Notes under the pieces: model-generated | The model's database searches: none | Seen by the model: the letters and a program-made list of their open reading frames with translations, nothing else | Told to the model about the DNA's origin: nothing | Shown here: positions 32,814 to 47,800 of the stretch, in pieces | How positions within the stretch are numbered: position 1 is the stretch's first letter | How the letters are laid out: the number at the start of each line of letters is the position of its first letter | From: Trichoplax adhaerens | Taxonomy: Eukaryota; Animalia; Placozoa | DNA length: 64,000 nt | Assembly: GCF_000150275.1 (NCBI RefSeq) | Contig: NW_002060947.1 | Coordinates: forward strand, 6,401,648 to 6,465,647 | Reading direction: 5' to 3' | Program-made: the position numbers and the translations under genes

Positions 32814-33697
32814 AGTTTAAAGAGTTGATTACTGTACAGTATATAGTGGAATCATATCAGCAGAGTAAAGTATAATAACGTACTAGGTAAGAAATAATAT
32901 TATACTGTATAATGGTCAATCAGTAAATTCCCCTAAAAGAAAAATAACGAGAAAACGATGGTTAGATTTTTCTTCGATCGCCAGTCCATAAACATTGCTC
33001 ACTTGGTCAGAATAATTCATAAAGCACAGAGTTATTAAGTGCGCAATAAAGTACACAAAGCAAGCCCAGAAATTCTTAAGTTTATAATAACCAAAGACAC
33101 AGGTATTGCAAAGTATTTGCATTCTAGTGGCGGGAACACGTTACATGCGTCCCTTTCAGAACAGTACTGTATTCTAAAATTGATTCAAAAAATGAAGAGG
33201 ATAAGGCAATCAACGATTGTAAAATAGGAACTTCTTCAACATCATGTCAATGTTGTAAAATAAACCACCATGATGCTTCAATATTGAACCATTTACCTAA
33301 CCTTACAGCAGTACCTGCTGTTTTATCTCTCTTTCCTAAGGCTGTTTCATTCATTAAGTATAAATCAATTTATTTTCACTAAACGTTATAGATTTTATCT
33401 TATAAATTCTTCCACTAACATTTCTCTCCGATGTCTATTTACCAATCGATTTTTATTCATCATTTTTCTCCTTAGTATTTCGGTAACAATCTACTATTTC
33501 CACATTATATGAATGATTATCGTTGCACTCGAAATGCTGTAGATACGTACGTCATTGGTCATTCATTTTAATAGGATATTATAGAAAAAATCTTTTTCAC
33601 GTTTTAGTATTTTCAATTTATTTGCAAGCGGCATTCTTAGCCAATGAATACTAGATGATCGATAAATCATACACCATTCTCTTCTAGCAGTTCCATT

Positions 33698-34245
33698 AAC
33701 TTCTGAGGGGGAATTTTAGGACAAACGTTTAACTTTTTTTTCAGTTTACACTGCACATACAAAACTTATTCTTAATTCTAATTCTGACTGTGGTGTATCT
33801 TCCAATAAGGAAGAGTACCAACCAGGTTCTACTTCTGTCGAAAATACTATCCATCGGAAAAAATCAGAAAAAAAATAAGTCTAAACACATGTACTTTAAT
33901 ATGCACACAGTCTATAGTGAGTAGAGATGGCTAGCAGAAAAGATGTCACCAGCAAGGAAAGTGTGACATCTTTTTTGTATGAACTTCTGAGGGAGAATTT
34001 TGGGGCAAATGTTTATTTTTTATTTTTTCAGTGTATATACAATGTACATGCAAAATTGATTCTTTATCCTGATTCTGACTGTGGTGTATCTTCCAATAAG
34101 GAAGAGTGCAAAAACCAAGTTCTACTTCTGGAAAAAAATACGTCAACATACGTCTACTTTAATATGCACACAGTCTATAGTGAGCACAAGTGGCTAGCAG
34201 AAAAGATGTCACCAGCAGGGAAAGTGTGACATCTTTTTTGCTAGC
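33698..34245. repeat. Two-copy ~265-290 bp duplication ending in a hairpin; partial third hairpin arm at ~34380
   Basis: AACTTCTGAGGG at 33698/33982, ATTCTGACTGTGGTGTATCTTCCAATAAGGAAGAGT at 33781/34072, GCTAGCAGAAAAGATGTCACCAGCA at 33930/34193. Confidence 0.9.
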
Positions 34246-34714
34246 TATCCGCTGTCGATTTTTTTCCTACACCGCCGTCGACAGTGTATCCTAATTCATT
34301 TGTAACCATAGGCGTAACTCCACCGGTCACAGCAATACCATGCCAACTGTATTGTACAGTATGGCCATGAAGGTAAATCGCTAGCAGAATAGATGTCACC
34401 GGCAGAGCATGTCTACTGTACAGCGTACTCATACATCAGCATTCAACAGAGCATGCACATTGCAGATCCAATGGTGGCTGAGCCAAGGAATCAACTGCTC
34501 CTGGCTAGGAAAGGAAGGTAAAATAGACCTAGAGTTATCCCAAAATCCGCAGTTATCTTGGTAGAAAATAGCATGCTAGCTCGCAATCAAGATTCTTTTC
34601 CTCAGATAGCAACTCTACTCTCTGGTTGTTAATTACAGCTAGCATTGTACAAGAAGAGAAGTATCCTTGCTGCACCATCTCATCCTCTAATCGGTCATTT
34701 AAAAATACTGCAAA

Positions 34715-37700
34715 ATGGACGAGACTACCTCCGTTTCAAAGGTATCATTGATTAAAATTACAACTTGCTATAGCATTTACTCCGCTAAACTTCATGAGTA
34801 GAGTATCGTACTTGTACCTTGCCTCGGACAATTCACGTGATATCTCTTGCCAAGTCCTCATGTTGTAGACTTGAGCCATTTCCGATGCTTTCACGCCGAA
34901 TATTACTAGTAGCTCTACGACCTAACGATACTCGATGTCAACAGAAAATCGAAGGAAAGCATATCAAATAACGTATCATCAATAACGATTTGAGTAGAGT
35001 CAACCGAGAGCAATGGTCGTGCCTCAGTTGTTCTACGCTGCAAGAGTTTCCTTACTGCATAACCAATATTTTAGCCGATGATGTATAAGCTGAAAAGGCT
35101 ACATATATCCATGTAATCTCTTCAATTTGAAAGCTATCGTTGGTCAGTATACTGCAGTTACTCCTCAGTCTCGTTTGCAAGTCACAATCCATTTTTATCG
35201 TGCAACTGTATCGACGTAGATGAAGCCTTTCTAAGTTGATGGAGATGCAGCTGCAGATCAAGTCAGGGTGGTGTGTAGGAGAACTGCAGTGACGGTTAAT
35301 TTCATCCTACTCGTATTCGAGCCCTGTTGAATATTATATTGTCCTCTCACATATTTGTAGTATATATGCATATATACATCTAGAAGTAGGAGAATAGAGG
35401 TTACAGATGAATACTTGTGTCAGCTAGCTTTAGCTTTAGTAATAGCTTGTCCATCGCATCACTAGTATATATTACTGTACTCGTATACTTGTAACAAAGT
35501 AGAGTGAATCTGCCAATAAATACCTGCTGTAATCAGCTTTAGGGAAGGTTTATTTTGTATCATGCCTGCGATAGATTCGTATTTTTGCTCCATAGATTAA
35601 GTGAATAGTAAAGTGGGATAAATACTGCAAATAAATATCAGTGATTACTAATTTTATCATATCAATATAATGTAGTAGTAGAATGGAATACAGGTTACAA
35701 ATCAATGCAACTACTTGCAAGCTTCAATGATAGCTTTATCAGCGCAATAGTACATGGATTTGTCATATCACTCTTATAATGTCTAACAATTATAAAATTG
35801 TCAATCACTAACTTTAAATATTTTTGCAAATACAGTATGAATGAGTAGGATTATTGAACTTAATTTTGCTGTAATATGTGCTGCTCATACCGATACCATT
35901 CATTCATGATCTCGAACTGCAACGACTTCTGACTTCTATCAAATACTGTCAATGCAACTCTAATTGTAACTAGTAACAGGATAATCGTTATCATCTGCTT
36001 ATTTATTATAGGGATGCTTTGCATTTAACGCAATCCCGAGCAAGAAAAGTAAACACGCACCGTTAGGTAATACTCTCCCTGGGTATTTATTGTGAATTTA
36101 CCAGTAGTTCGGAATTTAATTCCACCTTAGCTAGGTAAACGCATAGTATATGAATATACCCTTTTAATTCTGTATTAGATCATACTTTATGGCCTATGCT
36201 ACGTGGAGAAAATGAAAAAACAAGATCTGCAAGACGTCAATACTATACAGAATGTTTAAACCGGATTCATTCTGAAGCACAGGTATCAATCCATGCAACT
36301 TCGAACAAGGAGCTTTCATCATATTTTTCTCTTGTGTTTGTACCGTTCTTACTACAGAAAGTAGATACCAATAAATAGCCTGGCATGCAGTGTACAGTTT
36401 TATGAGCTGTACAGTCAATAACCAATACTGAAATATATGACCAAACCCAATAACTTTGAGTGATGTTACTTAATTAGTGGATAGAATGACCAACCAAGCA
36501 TCATATTTACATTCTTTCAACCCGATTGACTTACCTTAGGTCTACTACTGTTATGTTGACTACTGAAATGCATAAACTAATGTTGTAGCCTTAGCAGCAA
36601 TAAATACATTTTACCTGTAGTTAGGACTACTTTTTAAAGTAATGATCGACACTATTAACTTTAATATATTCTTACTAATAATAATTAGACAGAATTGTCA
36701 ACTATGAATGCCCACATCTTTTCCGAGCTGATTGCTTACCTTAATTCCGCCACTACCAATTTGGCAAATGATAACACCGATGTTTCTATTTGGGCCAAAC
36801 TCATTCCTACAGCTGTTATTGTCGCAGGTAGAAAATGTGCCAAAAGTAGAGAAAATATGAATTATATATAATACTTTTCAATCTAGTAGCTTTCAAAATC
36901 GTTATCACACTTTTATACAAAGGTGTCAACATGCCTGATAATGCTATCCTATTTGATCATTTGGCTACCCAAATTCAACAAACTGTAACGCCTATGTTTG
37001 CTCGCTTAAATTCAAGAGATTGTATAAGTTAGTGTCAGTTTACCAATAAGGTGTTTAACAATCAAAAAGTATTGCTTTAAAATTTAGGAAATGAAGAGTA
37101 TGACTACATATTGGTATATCATAATTCTCATTGAAGAGTGGCTCTAACATTTATTATTCGCTATAGCTGTAGAAAAACTAGTCAAGAGCTTTATGGGGCA
37201 AATGAAAGAGAACATGGTAAGCACCCAATATTGCCAATATAAAAACACTATTAGCATTAGATGATACGGTAATATTCGCCAATCTGATAGAATGATCAGG
37301 TATCCGGAACGGAAGTGGAAATAACCAATACAACAAGTTATAGCATGTTTGAATTACCGGATTGGTACGATAGCGTAATAGAAGTACGTATGTCACAGGC
37401 AAAGTGATTATTTTGCATTACCAAGATGATGACATGTATACTGCGTGAGTAAAATGATAACTAACTACACGTACATGATCCTTTCCTTATGGCACTTTAT
37501 TGTAGGCTTTGCATAGGAAAAAACAGAAAAGGTAGATTGTCAATACTGGTGCTTTTATAGCGTACATGTTGAATCTTCTGCGTATATGATAGGATAAAGT
37601 TCTATTCTATGCTTTCATTTATAAATTATCATGATTGGAGTAGTTCCAGAAGCGTTAAGAAAGGCAGGAAACGAAAGAGCCAGCAAAGTTTGTTCTAACT

Positions 37701-40700
37701 TAATTAGAATACTTGATATGACTATGTTTACCCTTCTATCGCTATAGCATTTCCGAAATTTATGTCAAATTTTTAAATATGGTATTTTTATTTTATTACG
37801 TAACGCTATCCTCATTAGCTGAAATTGAAAAACCTGCCATAATTATTATATTTGAAGACTTTGAATCGTTCTCGCCTGCGGTCGTTTTGGATTTTGTTAA
37901 AATTTCCAGGTAAAGCTCATTTATTATCGTATACTCTATTTATTTCGAATATACTAAATTGAAATTAGTTGATAATCAACTGTAATTTTAGCTATTTTAA
38001 GTTACAAATTTCCATTATTATCGAATGCAGTTAATAATTTTTTCTTTTCAAACAGTTATTATACATGTAAACTTCCTTTGGCCTTTGTATTTGGTATTGC
38101 AACAACGGTATCTGCTGTGCATAAATCTCTGACTTATTCTGGAACATCGCTTGTTGAAATTAAATTATTCAAGTCCTATCCAACAAAAGTTTACTTGGAG
38201 AATGTGTTATCAAAGGTTATATGACATACCGTATTAATCTTTTTCAATAGGATAAACTTACTGATAGGAATCACAAATAATCATATATGATTAAAACATT
38301 TATTTGGATTTATAGGTTCTATTAACGCCTAATCATCGCTTTAAACTTGGATTTAGACCATTAAGTCTACTAGTCGACAACTTTTTCTGCCATGATTTCT
38401 CGGTTTCTGGTTTCATGAGTGGATTAAAGGTAACTCAATTACTACATACTACGTCTACCGTTAATTGTTTGATGACTAATAAACAGTTGCCCTTTTATAG
38501 TAATCGTAGCCTAATTTTTATGTAAACTTTCAGTACGCCATGATGGACCATTACTATTCGAACGAATTAAGTATACTATCTATGCCAAGTCAGCCAAACC
38601 AAGCCATTGTTATAACTCTTAAACAGCAGATTAAAGCATTATCTCATGAACAGCTGGAATTAGTTAGAATGTTGCCATCATTTCGAAAGTATTGATTGTA
38701 GATGCGGCATTATCTTTATCATGTCATGTTAGCTAATGCTATTCTGGTAACCTTGCTTAATTTTGAAGGTATGTTGACGGATTACCACCTAAGGAACAGA
38801 AAAAACTCATACTGGAAGATAAACTGTTAAAGGTTATATGAATTTCAATTACCCCGGAGTGATCGAATCGTAAGATGTTGTTACTATCGAACTAGGACAA
38901 AATTATGGAGCTTTTAATCGGCCTTGAACAATATCATCAGTTATTTTTCCCGATGCTTCAATGTTTGGATAATGTCACGCGTATTCTGCCCAAGAATCCT
39001 TTGGGGAAACTGGTAAGTGGACAGTTTTCAGGCTAACTTGACCTGTTGTAAAAATATTAGCTATGTTTTCCTCAAATTTCATGAAATTTTGTATTATGAT
39101 ATTCCTTAAAGACAATCGAAGTTTATCTGCGTTGCATACAATCCAACATTACTGAAGAACAGGATTTTAAGGATTCCATGAAATTGTTAGGGTAAGTTTA
39201 TCTCTTAATTTATTTTACAGCTGTTATAAAATTGTTACTTAAAACTTTGAATCTCTATTCTTGTATTTGCTAAATAGCATTTTCAGCCTAATGACAATAT
39301 TATGTAATTATGATTGGCTGTTAGATCTACATGTAGTGAAGAGCTAATATCATTTCTCACATCATGTATCCAGGCCATCGAAGAATACGCTGTTAATAGG
39401 TATAGGTAACTGTAGTAAAATGAGCACGCTGTTGAAATTAACTTCATTGAGTTGTTTTTGAAGAAATAACAATCAGTTAAGCGAAATCCTGAATACACTA
39501 ACAAATCTGCTAACCAAACTTCGTACACTAGCCGGTATGACATACGGTTGTAGTCAAAAGCTTTAATTATTATTTTATGATTAACTTCGTTTGATCAGTA
39601 TAGTAAGAATAATTTTGCTCTATTTGAATATGACAAATACGAATTTTTATTAGACGGATCAGCAGGAGATGAAGAATTCGCGGATAATGACGATGATAAC
39701 GAAACTGATCAAAATCAGAAAATAGATCGTTTCAAGTTGCAAGAAGTAAATGACTATTTTAGCTTATCATCATCTTTGTTCTGTCAACCTTATGCCACAT
39801 ATAGCCAAGTTAATAACGTCATTATTTATGTATCTAACCGTAATATATATTTTAGCGTCTTAGGCAGCTATCAAAACGTAAGAAAAGACCAACACGCTTT
39901 GAGAATTGCCGTAGCGAAATTGTAGAAAAACTAACAGAACTATTTAAGTGAGTAAATCGTAAAATGCAACTTCTTACTTGTTAATTACTCATGAGATTAT
40001 AACTGTGAGCTATGTATATAATCTGCATGTCAATAAGTACAACTTTAAGCTATGGGCTCTTAGGAAATATGCAAAGTGTCCATCTGAAGTGCCATTATAC
40101 GAAGTTTGTTACTATGAATCAGTATCGGTGCTGAAGCAGGTTTATGGAATTAATTGATCATGTCGATCCGTGTGTATGTATTTATCTTGCTTTCTTTATT
40201 TTTGGGGTAATATTATAGCATGTGACTGCATCGCCGCGTATGTCAATCCAGAAAGCATTAACAGATTTTTCGTCTTACCTTAAGGTAATATTAAAATTAT
40301 CGTTTCGACTGAATTTATAGCTATTCCCACGAAAAAAATTACAGTTATGATAACTGCTGATGAATTAAATTACTGCATAGAATTATTTCTTATCGTATTT
40401 TTGTTGTATTGCTAACTTTCAAAATAGAATGAGACAAAAGATTACGAGCAAACTCCCGATATCTGTGTTGCGTATCAGACATTAGAAGACAAGAAAAAAC
40501 TTGTTAATTTAGAGGATTGGATGCAGGTAGAGTGCGCTATAGAGATTTCGTTTTGCATATTACTGCATCACTCTCAAGTCAGTGATAAGCATATATAGCT
40601 ATTTTAATTCATCATATCTATGTAGTACTGCACTTTGTTTTTATTTTTAATGTCCTACTACAAATAACAAGTACTGCTTAATTCTTGATTGTTGTAGGAA

Positions 40701-41092
40701 TTTATTCATGAAGCAAAATTTGTTGATAGTAAGACATTGTGCAATGGTAATACAAAACTGAATCGTAAAGATAAGCGTACAAACAAACAACAATATCAAG
40801 AGCAAAACCAAGAATACGAACAAGAGTTACAGTATGCTATATTAATTATCCTTAAATGAAAAAGATTTCATATATTTGTCGTCAATTTTGTGTGGGTATA
40901 TTCCAAATATACTACCAGGATCAAGACCGCTGCAGTAAAGATGCGTGTTCTTTTTTAACACATTTTAAAATTATTTACTGCCACTGCAGGATGAGATTCA
41001 TGAGAGCCGTATCGGAGCTTCAATTTTTAGGATTTATTAAGTATTCTAAAAGGAAGAGTAACTATATATCTCGATTGACTTGGATTGGCTAG
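34715..41092 (+). CDS. ORC3: Origin recognition complex subunit 3, more than 20 exons
   Basis: MDETTSVSK|[93 protein letters not shown] and [28 protein letters not shown]. Confidence 0.94.
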
Positions 41093-41819
41093 CTATTCGG
41101 TTATAGTTGGTAATTTTACAATAATTTTTTTATCTTTAAAGCCATTAATTCTCTACACAGAGAGTTATAACTATTAACTATCTACTGGTAAATGTAATGT
41201 TATATTCTATATTATGATTGTAGACAATGGTAATGGCCAAATAGATTTACCTAGTTTAAATAGCATTACTCAATGTCCGACACCGTTTCCAAAACGATGA
41301 TTGCACTATGGATTGTGCTATGAATGGAATATGCCCATATAATTCATTGTGCTGTACTATTTTATATGCTTGTAATTTTGAACTAAATCGCTGACGACTA
41401 ATACGTTTAATCGCGAATTTTTTCCAGCAATAATTTCTTAAAGAAATTTCAATCTGAGCATTTTCCTATCTACTGCTACTATACAATTGCAGATTGTGAC
41501 TGATGTTGATCTACAGATTCATGATTAGCTTCAATCTTAGTGCATACAAAGTTGCCCGTCTACAACATAGTTATTAATGCCTTTGTTTCATTCACTTTAC
41601 GTCAAGATATTATTTTTTCAATTTAAATTAAATTAATAACTGCAATTTCTATCGTAAAAGGCGTCTCAAAATGCCATTGCTACCATGAAAAATTTAGGAA
41701 ATAGACAATAAGTTTGCGAAAATACATGTACAGAGCTATTTTGTAGGTCTAAATTAACGCAACAACATTACACTTGGACCTATAGCTGGTGATATTATGC
41801 TCTCATATATCTTGCTTGA

Positions 41820-44800
41820 CTAGGCACTGTCCATTAGTGCTAACAGATCATCACCTTTTTCTGTAGCTGAATGGAAATGTTGAAGTAGAAAATGTTGTTA
41901 GTATATATTTATAACTATAGCATACAGCTATTGCTATAGTGCTATAGTAAGTAGCTGATTTTATTATGTGATTGATACCTGTAGCTGAATTATTGCTGGT
42001 TATAGTGAAATCATCCATAATTCTCGACAATTCGTCACTTGCTTTTTTCTACATATCCATTATGTAATTATGAAACCAATAGTTTAAGACATAATTGCCA
42101 CTTATTAGACAATTAAATTTATGATCGCCTTGATCAATTGTAAGTTTTGCTAGGAATTGATATTTACAAAATGATGACTGTAGAATACGCTACCTTGCTC
42201 GCGTCGATATTAATTACACGATCAGGTCGGTATATTGTCTTTTCTGCAGCACTGAGTTAAAAAAAGTTCGAATATTGTTGATTTCTGTTTTGATATTTAT
42301 GTACTCTGATTTGTACTTACATTTCTTCTTCTTTGTCAGTACTGAATAAATTGAGCCTAAACGCTGAAACTGTAGAATAGAACGGATGGGTAGTGCTTTC
42401 ATTAGCGTTATACACAGTAAGAAATCGACTGTTACACTACAGCGGTAGTAGAATGATTTCGACTGTAATTAAAAATAAATGATATGATTTATTGTAAATA
42501 TACCATCTTTTGCTTTCTTTTCATCTTTGCCGACTAAATGAGCAAGGAGATTTAATTCTTCTTTGGCTAATGGGTTAGGTGCATTTCCAGATGCCCCATC
42601 CTATCATAATTAAATTTATATAATTAATTTGCAATATAAATTCTTGGATCATAATTTCTAATCGTGACGGAAGAATCGATGAATTGTAGACGCAAGTCTT
42701 TGTTTATGGGCATGATTGAATCTTGAGTATTGTAAAAATATCGCGCGAGAGTTTATTTTTAATAAGAGGGAAGAAACCATGCAACGGAACAATACAATTT
42801 CAATTTAAAAATACCTCACTAAAGCATTTCCTTAATGTCGGAATATTTGTGGGTTCAAGCTATTAGTATCCCATTAAATTAATTTCTATAGCTGCGTCTA
42901 CTAGCACTTTAGTAAATTAGATAGGACTAGCCCTCCCTGCCTAAGATGCCACCGTCATATTTTCATGCATAAATCATAAATTATCCTAATTTATAGTGGG
43001 ATTTTAGTATTTAGAACGAAAGATACTTTTGAATATTATTACGGTAATACAGTACTTAAATAACTTCAGTTAATTTACATCCAATCGTATTAAATATCAT
43101 ATTTAGAGTTATTATTCATCTATCTGTCCAGCTAGCCGTACCTGTGATTGCGACTGGGATACGCTACTCGTTTCGACGTTTCTATCCACATTATACCTAT
43201 AGATTAAAGGAAAGAGGAGATTAGTAAAGATACAGCCACTCAATTAGCCCTTAATTGAATAAAGTTGATTTTATTCTTTCAATCTACTATAAAATGGATT
43301 AATAACAATTAAATGAGGCAAAAGTCCTTACATATTGGTGCCTAATAAGGTAATTCTTTCACCACTTTTCTCAAATGATCCAGGTTTTAACACAGTTCTA
43401 TATTTTGTATTGGTCTTAAACTCGATAGTTCTAACTACTTCATTACTGGCAAAAAACCTTAGGAAGGATAATATATCTTTTAATATATCATATATAGTAA
43501 CGAACAGAATAATTAATCGTCGATTTTATATCTACCGAATAACTCCTGGCATTTCCGTTCCATAAGGGATAGGACTATCCACGGGCAGAGAAAATCGACC
43601 ATTGGAATTTTGAACTTTATCTTTTAAAAATATCGATACCTACGTAGAATGATATAGATAAAATAAAACTGATTTGCGCTATTTCTTCATTTTATATCTT
43701 TTTTAACATAACAGAAATGAGATAATAGTGGCTAGGCAATCAATTCTTGATTTCTGCTTTTTAAGCCATTCTATTTTAATCAAAGCCAAAGTAGGAGAAC
43801 ATTCTCTACTGTCAGCATTGCTATGATATGCTACAAAGCTTTTCCATACCGTAATTATTTGCTTACAATTTAACTTTGATTCCATTTACTCTCATTTACT
43901 TCTTACCCTGATGTGCATATCTTGAAAGAATGAAAGTAGAGCTTGCCTAATTAACTGAAATTGACCGGTCGACAAACTTGCGAAATGCTAACGAAGAAAA
44001 ATAGATTTGAAACGATTATTTTCCTAGCATTTCGAGGCTAATTTTAGCAAATAGTGGAGAAGCATAGCGTCATCGATTCTCTACCATAAAATTTTATGAA
44101 TTATACCCATAGTTTAAATGATGAGCTCCTTTAAGCTTTTATATCCTTACCTCGTGTAATAAATGATAAACATGGTCAATCAATAAGATAATCTTAGTAG
44201 AACCAGATACAAAATCTTTTATTGCATCCACATGATTGAGTGTAACCAATAAAACATCGCTTGGCCTTAGGCAAAGTGAAACCTACCCAAAGTAAAGTAC
44301 CAAAAGATGGTTTATGAGTAATTTATTTGTATCATATAAAGTTTACTAAAGAGCTTATGAGGATAACAGCTGCTTTCAATTATATATATATTTATATTAG
44401 TACTGATTATAAAATCATCTATCGCTTGCTTCCATATACTTATTTGAAAAAAATTTTTATAATAATGATTAGTAGTATAGCATAAACAAATGGAATCCCA
44501 CATATGCTCGAGTATCTGGCAGCGATAATAAATTTTAGGTATGGGCGAACTTAAATTTGATTTAATCTAAATTCTATTCCTCTTAAAATTAGACAATTCA
44601 AGTTTAAGATAAAACGACTAACATAAACTACAAGATATTCAATCTAGGAATGTTCAAGTTGAGTAGCATCTATAAGAATCGTAATTCCTCGTGGACTAGC
44701 AAGATTCACGTATTGAATCCGTTATTATTCAACCTGTAGTTATAATTTATGGAATACCAAAAAGCGAATGCATTTATTTTCTTACCTGGTACTTGAATGC

Positions 44801-47800
44801 CATTGTCATCAAATCGTAAAGCTAAAGAAATTAAATGAATCCATTTTAATATATCGACAAAATCAAATAACCGAAAGACAGACTCTTAAAAGCTACAGCA
44901 TAAATTGTCATTTTTGTCATGGATACCCTGGCTGAAGTGATCCGTATCATAAATTTAAAATAAAGTCCACGACAGTAATTTCACTGCTAATTCAGTCTTG
45001 AATATAAAGTAGAGAAGGTAGTATCCTCGACTATGTCATTGAAAAGGGTACTTTCAATCATTATACTTTCGTATGCTGCCACTTGATTGACTCGATTTTT
45101 ATTATGAGGAATGTTTCTTGACTTATTATTTAAGATCACAGTGTGATTAATATCGTTTTGTCTAATGACGTAAACAGCAAAGAAAGGCTTTAATATTACG
45201 AGCAGGTTGAATTAAAATTGGAACTGACTGCTAATGGAAAAGGTGGAAGCGGTACATTTAGTTTCACTATCACTATTATAATTCCAAATTTTGGGTATTT
45301 ACGGAAATATTAGTCATTAAAATAAATTTACGGCTACGAAATAGTTTGACATTATGAGTAGTTATGAATAAAACTGCCATCGGTTACTACTATTGGTAGT
45401 TAGGAAATCATCAGTATCAATGCGTTAAATGAAAAATAACACCGGGAAAGGAATAATGTCAGTGATTATAAACGGTATTATCTATCCATAATATAGAAAG
45501 GATAGGCTTGATTTGAGGTGGTCTTTTTTCTATTCATATATATATTTAAAAGCAGACAATTAATACCTGTAATACAAAAATTTATTATTTTTACCATCTG
45601 ATAAAAAACTATCCTATATCAGGCTGAAAATAGCAGGAAATGACATTCTTATTTACAAGCTACGGATGAGGTTATTGGTTGGTAACACTAAAGTCTCTAA
45701 TGGTCTCTAGGTAACACTAGTTGGACTAATTTCACTGATTCGATTAAATCATCAGATACTTTTATGGATTTTCACATTTGTGAAATGCACCGTAGTCTAA
45801 GAGATTTAATGTACTTATTGTGTATTAAAATGTTATAAAGAAAGTCTAATAAATCGCTGAAATAATAGAGAAAGTATAACGTTATCAAGACTATGAATAC
45901 GGTTATCCTAGAATGCCATAAATATCTACTGAGTAGCTAAAATAGTAGAGAAAGTATAACATTATCGATAGCTATACACAATGTTATCTAGAAAAAATGT
46001 AGTCAATAACGTCTAACGAATAGCTGAAATAATAGAGAAACTATAATATTATCGATAGAGATAAATAATGTTATCTAGAAAGAATGTAGATAGCATTCGT
46101 TTCAGATGTAATCGATTTAATCAGTTATATCTACCGTCTCAATTACATACAATAGAGAATAAAATTTAGGATATGAATGCTCGTATGTGGAAATTATATG
46201 TCAATTTTATCCACTTAAGAAGTCTAGCGTTATAGTTGGATGGAGTATAGACAATACGGGTAGAATCTTAAGTTGTTATTGGTGTTAACTGATTTCATGA
46301 ATATTCAAGGATAATACGACCCGGATGAGCTCATGTGCAGTAGCTTTTTCTTTTAGTTTATATCATTAGTGATCTCAATCATCAATGATAGCTATTATTT
46401 CCGTCATTTCCAATTACTAAAACGGATATCTAAAACGGATATCTCCCTTTTAGTTGATTATGATTAGCTCATGACGGAATGAGAAGATTCATCATTATCA
46501 TCTATCGATTGTATTCTGACTTTCTCTACTGGTCTAGACTTGTTACGATATGAAACTAATCGATCAAAATTAGGAAAGAGAAATAACTTACCATAAATAT
46601 TATGTTCTTAGAATAAATAATACCTTTCCAGTAAAGTATAACAAAAACTGTAATCAATTAAAGTTTAAGAGATGAAAAAAACAACTGTCGACTATAACTA
46701 TATAGCTATAGATTGGAATAGACTCTTTAATGATTAATTCATCAACCGAATTTATTCCGGGAGCTAAATGCATTGATGAACGTGTCATTCTGATGCCAGA
46801 TTTTATTTTTAATCAAAGAAAATCGAATAATTTAAAGATGGAAATATTTCCCTTATTATTGATAAACTAATAAGGATGATTCGTTTGCCAACAGGAACTT
46901 CTTCAGTACTCTATATAATTTTAATAAACAAGTACATTTCCAACCAGATTTCTTGAATGAAGGAAGATCAACTAGTTTTTGAGATGGAATGATTTTCCTT
47001 AGAGTTGATCAATCAATACGAATGATCTATCGATCATCAGCAAAAAGTTACTCAGCGCATTAATCGTGCAACAAACTTGCACTTTCTGACTAGATTTATT
47101 TTCGATCAACGAAATTTGACTAATTTGCAAATGGAAATTTTTTCTTGTAGTTCATAAACTAATAGAAATAATTCGTTTGCCAGCATAAAATTTATCAGGA
47201 TGCTAAATATTTTAATAGTCTTGTACTTTTTTAGCAAGATTTCATTCCTAATTAAGGAAGATCAAATGGTTTGCAGACGGGATTATTTTTCTTGCTCTTG
47301 ATCAATTAATAAGAGTGATTTGCTGATTAATAGGAATTTCTTCAGAACACCAAACGTTTTAATCAATTTGCACTTCTCTAATAAGATTTCATTTATGATA
47401 AAAGAAGATCAACTAGCTTTAAGATGGAATTATTTCCCTTGTTGTTGATCAATCAAAAGAAATGATTTATTGATCAACAAGAAGTTATTTAATACATTAA
47501 CCTTATAAGAAACTTGCACATTTGTTACAAGATTTCATTTCCGATTGAAGATGATAAACTAATTTTGAAATAAAATTATTATTCCCGTTGTTGATTAATT
47601 AATAGGAATGATCCATCGATGGACAAGAAGTTTTTCAGTACATTAATTGCGTAATAAAATTGTACATTTCTTAACAAGATTTCATTTCCGATCAAGGAAG
47701 ATCAACTAATTTTAAGATAAAGCCATTTTTTGTAGTTACTGGTTAATCAATGGAATAGAATTAAAATTATATTAAGTCAGTCTTGTTGATGTTAAAGCAA

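Noticed and set aside
34661-34669. GTATCCTTG as a U12-type 5' splice site
   Set aside because: It lies upstream of the ORC3 ATG with no matching branch point, and the introns I examined have U2-type donors.
46720-47760. Intact LRR gene with 72-bp exons
   Set aside because: IGNEI-like words appear, but the candidate exons have stops in all frames and the acceptors are not conserved.
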